From assembly GCA_965601925.1 (NCBI GenBank), contig OZ271854.1, forward strand, positions 2,656,001-2,720,000: a DNA stretch of 64,000 nt, read 5' to 3'. The notes beneath the pieces are model-generated. The model saw nothing but the letters and a program-made list of their open reading frames with translations. It had not been told where the DNA came from and ran no database searches. The translations under genes were made by a program, and so were the position numbers. Shown one piece after another: positions 10,372 through 18,218 of the stretch (the first letter of the stretch is position 1; every line of letters begins with the position of its first letter). Source of the DNA: Alkalispirochaeta sp. GTDB taxonomy: Bacteria; Spirochaetota; Spirochaetia; DSM-27196; Alkalispirochaetaceae.

Positions 10372-11217
10372 ATGAAGAGAGAAACGAGAGAGACGAGCTT
10401 TGTCCCTACGCGTCGGTTAGGTGTGATTCTCCTGGTGTCATTGGCGGCAGCGGCGTGTAGCGCCCCGGCCGGTGATTCTCAGGGGGGGGCCGAAGGGGCG
10501 GGGGCGCGCTCTTCTGCGATCGATCGCATATTGGAAAGCGGCACCCTGCGAGTCGGAACCACCGGCGACTGGCAGCCGATGACCTATCTCGACCCCGAAA
10601 CCGACGCCTACGAAGGCTACTATATCGACATCATTCGCGACTTTGCCGCCGATATGGGGGTAGAGATCGAGTGGGTGCCGACGACGTGGCAGGACAAAGT
10701 AGCGGGCATCGCCGCGGGCCGGTACGACATAACTACCGGCGCGAGTTACAACATGGGCCGTGCGCGCCAGGGTGCGTTTACGCTTCCCATCGCCACGGTC
10801 GGGACGGTACCGCTCACACTGCGGCAGAACGCCGGGCGATTTACGACATGGGAAAGTATCGACGATCCTGCCGTGCGCGTCGCGGTCACCCTCGGTACGA
10901 CGCAGGATCAGCAGGCGCAACTCTTTTTCCCCAACGCCGAGCTCATACGCCCCGACTCGGGCGCGCGAGACTTCCAGGAGGTCATCGCCGGCCGTGCGGA
11001 TGTCTCCATCACGAGTAACATCGAAGCCGGGACCCTCGTCGAGCGGTTCGAGAACCTGGTCATCGTCCCGGTTGAACCGCGGTCGACCCTTCCCAACGGT
11101 ATGATCGTTGATCGCGGCGATCTCCAATGGTTGAACTACGTCAACGCGTGGATCACGATGCGACAATACGCGGGTTACTTTGACGAGAAAGCCGCCGAGT
11201 ACGGGCTCGCCTTCTAA
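10372..11217 (+). CDS. Polar amino-acid ABC substrate-binding lipoprotein (SBP_bac_3; cyclohexadienyl-dehydratase-related subfamily)
   Basis: Lipobox AAAC; 'GTLRVGTTGDW.PM', 'VEIEWVPTTW', 'VIAGRADVSITSNIEA'. Confidence 0.85.
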   Translation: MKRETRETSFVPTRRLGVILLVSLAAAACSAPAGDSQGGAEGAGARSSAIDRILESGTLRVGTTGDWQPMTYLDPETDAYEGYYIDIIRDFAADMGVEIEWVPTTWQDKVAGIAAGRYDITTGASYNMGRARQGAFTLPIATVGTVPLTLRQNAGRFTTWESIDDPAVRVAVTLGTTQDQQAQLFFPNAELIRPDSGARDFQEVIAGRADVSITSNIEAGTLVERFENLVIVPVEPRSTLPNGMIVDRGDLQWLNYVNAWITMRQYAGYFDEKAAEYGLAF

Positions 11218-11272
11218 AGAAGAGGGCTCGATATTGAATCCTCCTCGCGCCGCCGGGGCGGACTGTCGTCGT

Positions 11273-12046
11273 ATGACGGGCCGCGTAGTCGGTGGTGTCG
11301 CGCTGCTGCTGGTAACGGCGACGCTTGCCGGGTGCAGCAGGTCGGCGGTACGCGGCAACTACACCTGGGCGTGGTGGTCGGTGTCGCCTTTTACCGATGT
11401 GGGACGCGACAGTCTCCGCTTTCTCTTGCTCGGTTTATGGCCGACGCTCTCGATCAGCGGCACCGCATTTCTCATCTCCATACCCGTCGGGTTCGCCGTG
11501 GCGCTCTTGGCCTTTGTGCCGAATGGTATCGCGCGTTCCGTCAATCGTGCGTACGTCGAGGTCGTACGCGCGATTCCCACCCTGGTGTTGATCCTGTGGA
11601 TCTACTACGGCTTGCCCGTTTCGGTCGGAATTGACCTCGATGTATTCAGCGCCGGCGTACTCGCCCTGGCGATAAGCGACAGCGCGTTCGAGGCGGAGAT
11701 CTTCCGCGCCGGAATACAGTCGATCGCGCACGATCATCTGGAGTCCGCGCGTTCTTTGGGCATGACGCGCTTTCAGACGTTGCGCCACGTCATTATGCCG
11801 CAGGCGATCCGACGTATTTTGCCCCCTTTGGGCAATCAGTTTGTGTATATGCTCAAGATCAGCTCGTTGGTGTCCATGATCGGATTTCAGGAGCTGACGC
11901 GCCGCGCCCGAGAGCTCACGACGGTAAGATATTCACCATTGGAGATTTTCACCGTGCTCATCGTAGAGTATCTCATCCTCATCCTTCTCGCTTCGGCTGC
12001 GGTACGCCTGCTGGAGCGAAAGCTCCGGGAAGGATACGAGGAGTAG
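11273..12046 (+). CDS. Amino-acid ABC transporter permease (HisM/GlnP type)
   Basis: 'YVEVVRAIP.LV.ILWIYYGLP', EAA loop 'AEIFRAGIQSI...LESARSLGM', 'QAIRRILPPLGNQF'. Start is ATG 11273 or TTG 11234. Confidence 0.9.
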   Translation: MTGRVVGGVALLLVTATLAGCSRSAVRGNYTWAWWSVSPFTDVGRDSLRFLLLGLWPTLSISGTAFLISIPVGFAVALLAFVPNGIARSVNRAYVEVVRAIPTLVLILWIYYGLPVSVGIDLDVFSAGVLALAISDSAFEAEIFRAGIQSIAHDHLESARSLGMTRFQTLRHVIMPQAIRRILPPLGNQFVYMLKISSLVSMIGFQELTRRARELTTVRYSPLEIFTVLIVEYLILILLASAAVRLLERKLREGYEE

Positions 12047-12079
12047 TCGGAGCAAACCCCATGTGCTACCATGGCGTAT

Positions 12080-12886
12080 ATGATAAAAGGACGCGAGAGT
12101 TCTCAGGACGTCAAGCTCCGCGAACGGATGGAGCGCGTTCGGTATAAAATAGCCGTCATGAGCGGCAAGGGCGGGGTCGGCAAGTCGTCGATCAGCGTCA
12201 ATCTCGCGTGGGCCCTCGCGTTGCGCGATCTCCATGTCGGGCTGCTCGATGCCGACATCCACGGTCCCAATCTCCCCAAGATGCTGGGGATCGAGGCCGA
12301 GCGCTTCACCGGCTCCGACGAGGAGATCGAACCGGTGGAGGTGCTTGCCAATCTTAGAGTGGCGAGCGTCGCGAACATCGGCTACGGACCCGATACTGCG
12401 CTTATCTGGCGCGGCCCGATGAAGCTGGGATTGATTCGTCAGTTCATCGCCGACGTGGTCTGGAACGAACTGGATTATCTGATAATAGATACTCCGCCGG
12501 GGACCGGCGACGAGGCGCTCACGATCGGTCAGTATATTCAACCCATGACCGGAATCGTCATCGTGACGACACCGCAAGAGGTGGCGATCCTCGACTCACG
12601 CAAGAGCGTCGACTTCGCCGCCAAGATGAAAATCCCCGTCATCGGTATCGTCGAGAACATGGCCGACGGAGAACGCGCGGCGGTCTTCGGGAGTGGGGGA
12701 GGCGAGCGGGCGGCGGAGGAACTCGGAGTACCGTTCCTCGGACGCGTGTGCCTCGATCCACGCATCGTTTCCTCCGGCGATCAGGGACGGCCGTATGTGG
12801 CGGACTACGGCGAGTCGGAGGCGGGACGACAGCTATCGGCGATTGTGGAACGGATCGTCACCTACTGCAAAGGGGTCGAAGCCTAA
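12080..12886 (+). CDS. Mrp/NBP35/ApbC family P-loop ATPase lacking the C-terminal CxxC
   Basis: 'SGKGGVGKS', 'DADIHGP', 'WRGPMK', 'DYLIIDTPPGTGDE', 'VTTPQ', 'GIVENM'. Start is ATG 12080 or 12071. Confidence 0.9.
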   Translation: MIKGRESSQDVKLRERMERVRYKIAVMSGKGGVGKSSISVNLAWALALRDLHVGLLDADIHGPNLPKMLGIEAERFTGSDEEIEPVEVLANLRVASVANIGYGPDTALIWRGPMKLGLIRQFIADVVWNELDYLIIDTPPGTGDEALTIGQYIQPMTGIVIVTTPQEVAILDSRKSVDFAAKMKIPVIGIVENMADGERAAVFGSGGGERAAEELGVPFLGRVCLDPRIVSSGDQGRPYVADYGESEAGRQLSAIVERIVTYCKGVEA

Positions 12887-12888
12887 CC

Positions 12889-14049
12889 GTGCGCAAACGC
12901 TATACCCGCTCGCGGCGGGGCGATCTCGTCCGAACCGCATATGTTTATACCGCCGATGAGCACGGCATCGATCCCGCCGATCTCGATCACGATGCGGTGA
13001 AGGTGGTGCGCCGCCTTCGTCGCCACGGCTACGAGACGTATATTGTGGGCGGTGCGGTGCGAGATCTCCTGCTCGGTAAGAAGCCCAAAGACTTCGACGT
13101 CTCGACTTCGGCCACGCCCAACCAGATTCGCAAGCTCTTTCGCAACAGCCGAATCATCGGACGGCGCTTTCGACTCGCTCATATTCTCTTCCGCGACAAG
13201 ATCATCGAGGTATCGACCTTTCGTAGTCAGGAGTCGGAGGGCTTCAAGAATATCTACGGGACGATTAACGAGGATGTTCTGCGGCGCGATTTCACCGCCA
13301 ACGCGCTCTTTCTCAACCCCGAGGATAACACGATCGTCGACTACGTCGGCGGCGTGCGCGACCTGAAACGGCGCGTCCTGCGCCCCGTGATTCCTCTGGA
13401 GCGCATCTTTGTCGAGGATCCGGTACGTATGATTCGCGCGATCAAGTATGCGGCCGCCGGAGGTTTGCGTATGCCCGGCGCGTTACGGCGCCGTATCCAT
13501 CGCGACCGCGTTCTTCTGGGCGATACGCCCTCCAGCCGCATGACCGAGGAGGTGTTCAAGATCCTTAACAGCGGCTACGCGACGCCGATCGTGACGCGGC
13601 TGTTCAAGTACGATCTGTTCGGTGAGATGATTCCCGCCCTGGCGACGCTCGCGAAAGCGCGCAAGGAGTATCGGTCCAAGGTAACCGAACGCCTTGCGGC
13701 GCTCGATCGTAAGCGAATCGCTGAAGGGCCGCTGGGGCGCGCCGACGCGTTGGTGTTTCTTGCCGCCGACTATCTCCTCGGATTCGGACCCTTTGACGAC
13801 CAGCAGCGTATCCCGTTTCGCGACGCGTACTATGCGTTGAAAGACTTTCTCAGTCCCATCGCTCCGGCAAACAAAGAGGTCGAACGCGCGATCAACGAGA
13901 TTTTTCGTAACAAGGGAAGACTATTGCGTGACGAGCTCCCGGATCGCCATCGCGGGCGACGACGCTCTCGTCGTCGCAGGCGACGCTCTTCCGGGGGCGG
14001 GCGCGACGACCGCGCCCGCGCACCGGTCGATCAGGCCTCTACGGGGTGA
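12889..14049 (+). CDS. pcnB: Poly(A) polymerase I-like nucleotidyltransferase
   Basis: 'VGGAVRDLLLG..PKDFD', PAP-specific 'IIGRRFRLAHI', 'RRDFT.NAL', 'EDPVRMIRA'; Arg-rich tail; GTG start at 12889. Confidence 0.85.
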   Translation: MRKRYTRSRRGDLVRTAYVYTADEHGIDPADLDHDAVKVVRRLRRHGYETYIVGGAVRDLLLGKKPKDFDVSTSATPNQIRKLFRNSRIIGRRFRLAHILFRDKIIEVSTFRSQESEGFKNIYGTINEDVLRRDFTANALFLNPEDNTIVDYVGGVRDLKRRVLRPVIPLERIFVEDPVRMIRAIKYAAAGGLRMPGALRRRIHRDRVLLGDTPSSRMTEEVFKILNSGYATPIVTRLFKYDLFGEMIPALATLAKARKEYRSKVTERLAALDRKRIAEGPLGRADALVFLAADYLLGFGPFDDQQRIPFRDAYYALKDFLSPIAPANKEVERAINEIFRNKGRLLRDELPDRHRGRRRSRRRRRRSSGGGRDDRARAPVDQASTG

Positions 14050-14111
14050 GGCTTCGGCCCGCAGGCGTCCTCACGGAGCGGGAGGCCGGCGTTCCGCGGG
14101 GCGATGCGCCG

Positions 14112-15305
14112 CTATCCGCGTATCCTGACGAGTAGATTCTCCGCCCGTTCGCGATACGCGGGGTCGTAGTCGACGGTCATCTCCAAGTACGCGACGGCGT
14201 CCTCGAACCGATTGTCGGCGTACGCGTTGACCCCGAGGGCGTACAGGGTGATCGCCTCCTCGGATCCGCGTTCCAGCGCTTCCTGGTAATAAAAGTCGGC
14301 CAACGTGTAGTTGTTGCGTTCGTAATTGATGAGGCCGAGGTAGTAGTGGGGAACGTAGTTGTCTTCCCGCAGCTTGAGCGCCTGCACGAAGGCGCTCTCC
14401 GCCTCGCCGGCGTCTCCCGCCTCGTAGCGCTCGACGCCGTAGGATACCCACCCTCGAAAGCTGCGACGACTGTCGACATACGTCATGAACGAGTCGATCA
14501 GTTGGTTTTGCTCCACCCATCGAAACGCTTCGCGATAGACCGCATCGACGTTCTCCTGTAACGAGTGATCTATCTCTAAGGCGGATAGACTGTCCCACAG
14601 GATGCGGTTGATATCGCCCGACTCGTCGTTAAGCAGAAAGCTCACCATGCCCCACGCCTGAGGATAAAAGCTGTCGATCTGCTCCCGTGCCTCGGGTAGG
14701 CTCATGGAGAGCATCTCGTCCAGGGGGATGAGCGAACGCATTCCGCTGCCGGCGGCCATCGCCTTGAGCGTGTCGAGCCACGCCAAGTTCTCCCGGTAAA
14801 TCACCGTGCCGAACTCGGGATCGTACTCCGAGGCTTCAAAGTAGACGGCAAAGCCCTCACGCAACCATAAGGGCGGATTCGGCACAAAGGTACGAAAGAA
14901 CTGTACGAAGCTCTGGTGGATCAGCGATTGCTCGAGCGTATCCTCGTCGGTGTAGTACCCGACCAACTCGCTTTTTTCCAGGTCATCATAGTGTAGATAG
15001 ACAAATCCGTCGCGCACCTCGCCGACCAACCGTCTGAGATACGAGTCGAAGCGCGACTTCGTTGCAAAGATGCGGACTCGAAGGGGCGTTTCCAATTCGT
15101 CTATCGGAAAATGGAATTGCTGGTTGTAGAGGCTCAGCATCGATTCCATCTGCCGACCGACGTCCACGGCGTGGTCCCGGCCGATCTCGGAGATCACGCG
15201 GTAGTGCGCACTCTGCGACTCGAACGAAGAGCTCTGCGCCACGAGCGAGCCGACGGGGACCAAAAAAAGCGCTACCCAGAGAGCACATCGCACCGTTCTG
15301 TTCAT
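14112..15305 (-). CDS. Exported protein with a peptidase-MA-like domain and C-terminal TPRs
   Basis: Signal peptide; 'LIHQSFVQF....PNPPLWLREGFA.YFE'; TPR-like 'HYYLGLINYE...A..YYQEAL'. Confidence 0.65.
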   Translation of the reverse strand: MNRTVRCALWVALFLVPVGSLVAQSSSFESQSAHYRVISEIGRDHAVDVGRQMESMLSLYNQQFHFPIDELETPLRVRIFATKSRFDSYLRRLVGEVRDGFVYLHYDDLEKSELVGYYTDEDTLEQSLIHQSFVQFFRTFVPNPPLWLREGFAVYFEASEYDPEFGTVIYRENLAWLDTLKAMAAGSGMRSLIPLDEMLSMSLPEAREQIDSFYPQAWGMVSFLLNDESGDINRILWDSLSALEIDHSLQENVDAVYREAFRWVEQNQLIDSFMTYVDSRRSFRGWVSYGVERYEAGDAGEAESAFVQALKLREDNYVPHYYLGLINYERNNYTLADFYYQEALERGSEEAITLYALGVNAYADNRFEDAVAYLEMTVDYDPAYRERAENLLVRIRG

Positions 15306-16207
15306 CCTTTGCCTCCGTGCTTTGATTTCCGTGTCTCATTGTATTGGGGGGCGGTTACATTATCAATCATTATGTTGAGTTCATCGATAATGATTCCGGT
15401 AAAACGCTCCACATGTTCCATTGTGTACTGTTGAAGGCTGTGGATGCTGTTCTTCATCTCCAGGCGATGGGGGACGTCGATGTGGATGTCGATGCGATAG
15501 CTCCGCTGGTCGTCCCGTATCCCGACCCTCGTAACGGCAATCCCCGGAGCGAACTCCTCGATGCAGTGGAGAATCATCTGGGTTAGCGCCGCCTCACTTA
15601 TCTGCACCGACCCTTTGGTGCTGAACTCGGGGCGTACGACCGTCTTTTCGTAGGTCTTGTCCCGTCGCATGAGGCCCAGCCCACGTCGCCAGATCACCTT
15701 AATGGAATCGCTCATAAAGCGCGGATAGGTACGCTTTACCTCGATCGCCGGTACCGGGATTACGTGGCGCCCTTGGACGCGGCGATGGTTGATCGCCGTC
15801 TCGATCTCCGACTCGGTCGCGATCTCCTCGATCTGGATGATGCGGTGCGGCTCGGGAAGCTGAAGGGTCTCGCAAATCTTGCGTACCATTCGATTCGACG
15901 TTCCGAGCACCAAGATGCGCTTGAACTGGATCCGCTCCAGGGCGTGTCGGACCTGACGTTCGTGCTCTTTGTCGGTGAATAGCGCCGTCCTAACCGCCGC
16001 GAGGTAAGCCGTTTCCTTTTTGGCGGACTTGCCGGCGACGATTTTTTGGTGGGCGATGAGGAGCCCGTCGTCGATAAGGAGGTCGATGCCGTGCTTCTCC
16101 ATGACGAGGCGCGCGCGAAAGCTCTTTCCCGTGCCGCTCTTGCCGACGAGCGCAAACACCTGCACGCCTCGAAAGCGCCAGATGAGCCCGGCGAGAAGCT
16201 TGATCAT
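15302..16207 (-). CDS. P-loop protein with a C-terminal Asp23/Gls24-like domain
   Basis: 'ALVGKSGTGKSFRA', 'LIDDGLLI', 'ILVLGTS', 'EKTVVRP.FS.KG...ISE.AL'. Start ATG 16207 overlaps the upstream stop and is preceded by TACAAT. Confidence 0.7.
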   Translation of the reverse strand: MIKLLAGLIWRFRGVQVFALVGKSGTGKSFRARLVMEKHGIDLLIDDGLLIAHQKIVAGKSAKKETAYLAAVRTALFTDKEHERQVRHALERIQFKRILVLGTSNRMVRKICETLQLPEPHRIIQIEEIATESEIETAINHRRVQGRHVIPVPAIEVKRTYPRFMSDSIKVIWRRGLGLMRRDKTYEKTVVRPEFSTKGSVQISEAALTQMILHCIEEFAPGIAVTRVGIRDDQRSYRIDIHIDVPHRLEMKNSIHSLQQYTMEHVERFTGIIIDELNIMIDNVTAPQYNETRKSKHGGKG

Positions 16208-17658
16208 AATGCTATTGTATCCATGCCGCGACACGCCGTACAGGTCGCTTCAACCGTCTCTGCGAGGCGTTGGCGCGCCGAGGCCGGATCGCCGAAGAAC
16301 TCGCGTATCAGTCGGTAAACCGGCGGGGGAAGCGGAGCGTTCCACACCGCGCGCGGGGTCTCGGTGGCGAGACATAACGCGTGCAATATGAATTGTCGGT
16401 TCCAGTCGTCCTCGTAGCGCGGGTTTTCGAGAAAGGCCTCGCGGCGCGCAAGTTGCACCGCCGTCCACGGCGGCCCGCCGTACTTTTCGTCGCCGACGAG
16501 GGGGAGACCCTCCGATGCGAGGTGACATCGAATCTGGTGCGTGCGCCCCGTCTCGGGACGGGCGGCGAGGAGCGAGTAACGCCCGTTCGCCGTTACCGCG
16601 ATGGGGTGTACGGTCGTCGCTGCCGTTACGAACCGGAGCGACCCGGTTCGGCCGGAATCATTCTCGGCGACGGCTACCCGTCGCGTTCGGTCGTACGCGA
16701 GACGTCGATCGATCCGTACGGTGCGATCGACGGTGCCGGCGACCACGGCGAGATAGAGCTTGTACACGCTCCGGGTACGGAGTTGCTCGGTAAGCGTCCG
16801 CGCTCCCTCGGCGGAGAGCGAAAAGAGCTGGACGCCGCTGGTCTCCTTGTCAAGGCGATGGACCGGGCCGGGACGAAACGAAACGCTCTCGCGCCACCAC
16901 GACTGTTCGCGCGCTATCGTGCGCACCGCCTCATCGAGCGCACCGGGCCCGTGGCTCGCCACGCCCGACGGCTTATTAAGCGCAAGCCAGTCCTCGGTAC
17001 GATCGAGTACGGGAATACGGATCGGTCCCATACGAATTTCGCCCTCCGTGAAGATCGGCGGACGCGCGGTACGCGGAGCCGGTCGGTTGGCGCGCCGATT
17101 TTCATACCCCGAGCGTTCACCGCGATGCGGTGGCCGATCGCCGCGCCGATTCTCGTATCTCGAGCGTTCACCGCGACGCGTTGGCCGATCGCTACGACGG
17201 TCGTAACCCGGGCGATCGCCGCGGGGTGAGGAACGGTCGTCGCGCCGATTCTCGTACCTCGAGCGTTCACCGCGGGACTCGGGCCGATCGCTACGACGGT
17301 TGTAACCCGGGCGATCGCCGCGGGGTGAGGGCCGATCGTCGCGCCGATTCTCGTACCTCGAGCGTTCACCGCGGGACTCGGGCCGATCGCTACGACGGTC
17401 GTAACCCGGGCGATCGCCGCGGGGCGCCGAGCGCTCGCCGCGACGGTTCTCGTAACCCGAACGTTCCCATTCGGGTACCGCTATTTTGTCGCCTCGATGC
17501 ACTCTCGTGTCCTGGGAGGCTCGTTTGCCGTTTACGGTGATCTCGCCTTTGCGCACCGCGCCGGCGATTCGTCCGGGCGGTACCAAGGGAAAGCCCTTAC
17601 GAAGGACGCGGTCCAAACGGCGTCCGTCGTCATCCTGCGTCATCTCGATCTCCATCAT
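16204..17658 (-). CDS. RluA/RluC/RluD family pseudouridine synthase (S4 domain + repeat insertion + catalytic domain)
   Basis: 'GRRLDRVLRK' S4 domain, 'LNKPSG', catalytic 'VHRLDKETSG', 'TGRTHQIR.HL', 'LVGD.KYG'. The true start is ATG 17658, not the ORF-track 18135. Confidence 0.9.
   Translation of the reverse strand: MMEIEMTQDDDGRRLDRVLRKGFPLVPPGRIAGAVRKGEITVNGKRASQDTRVHRGDKIAVPEWERSGYENRRGERSAPRGDRPGYDRRSDRPESRGERSRYENRRDDRPSPRGDRPGYNRRSDRPESRGERSRYENRRDDRSSPRGDRPGYDRRSDRPTRRGERSRYENRRGDRPPHRGERSGYENRRANRPAPRTARPPIFTEGEIRMGPIRIPVLDRTEDWLALNKPSGVASHGPGALDEAVRTIAREQSWWRESVSFRPGPVHRLDKETSGVQLFSLSAEGARTLTEQLRTRSVYKLYLAVVAGTVDRTVRIDRRLAYDRTRRVAVAENDSGRTGSLRFVTAATTVHPIAVTANGRYSLLAARPETGRTHQIRCHLASEGLPLVGDEKYGGPPWTAVQLARREAFLENPRYEDDWNRQFILHALCLATETPRAVWNAPLPPPVYRLIREFFGDPASARQRLAETVEATCTACRGMDTIAL
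17092..17466. repeat. In-frame 99-bp tandem repeat (alternating 51 + 48 bp subunits), about 3.7 copies
   Basis: CTCGTA recurs at 17152, 17251, 17350 and 17449. It encodes (RGERSRYENRRDDRPSP RGDRPGYxRRSDRPES)n on the minus strand. Confidence 0.9.
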
Positions 17659-17724
17659 CGCCGGCAGTGTAGCGCCGAATCGGTAGCCTTGACAAACCGC
17701 TGTAGCAGCAGGGACACTGCCGTG

Positions 17725-18204
17725 ATGCAGAGCCAAGCGCCACGGTATCTCTATGAGATGGTTTCGAACAGAATCTTTCTTTCGGCGTTTTTCAGCTGGT
17801 TCCTTGCGCAGTTTATCAAGATGATCGTCGACCAGTTTCGCGGACGTTCCCGCGGTTCCCGCGACATGATCACCACGCTTATGTGGAAGACCGGGGGAAT
17901 GCCGTCGAGCCACTCGTCGTTGGTAACCGGGCTCGCTACCGCGATCGGCGTCGTGCACGGCACGCGGTCGCCCGAGTTCTCCCTTTCGTTGTTCTACGGG
18001 ATTCTCATTATTCGGGACGCCATGGGGGTCCGACGGGCCGCGGGAGTACAGGCGCAGGCTCTCAACCAGTTGGGACAAGAGCTCTCCGAGCGGTTCGGCA
18101 TTGAGTTTCGGCCCGTTAAGAAGGTGAGCGGCCACACACCGAGTGAGGTGTTCGTCGGCGTGCTGTTGGGCTTTTTTACCGGATTCGCATTTAGCGTATT
18201 ATAG
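17725..18204 (+). CDS. Divergent PAP2 family (DUF212/YuiD-like) membrane protein
   Basis: 'AQFIK', 'TGGMPSSHSSLV', 'RDAMGVRRAAG.QA..LN', 'GHTP.EV..G..LG'. Confidence 0.88.
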   Translation: MQSQAPRYLYEMVSNRIFLSAFFSWFLAQFIKMIVDQFRGRSRGSRDMITTLMWKTGGMPSSHSSLVTGLATAIGVVHGTRSPEFSLSLFYGILIIRDAMGVRRAAGVQAQALNQLGQELSERFGIEFRPVKKVSGHTPSEVFVGVLLGFFTGFAFSVL

Positions 18205-18218
18205 TTACGGACACACCA

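Noticed and set aside
12889..14049. CCA-adding enzyme call, tempting because the tRNA lacks CCA
   Set aside because: It carries the poly(A)-polymerase signature IIGRRFRLAHI.
17092..17466. Regular repeats as a possible CRISPR array
   Set aside because: The units are contiguous, in frame and lack unique spacers; no cas genes; it is a coding tandem repeat.
17659..18135. N-terminal 159 aa of the 643-aa ORF-track protein
   Set aside because: Antisense shadow of the DUF212 gene; RluA homology starts at 17658.
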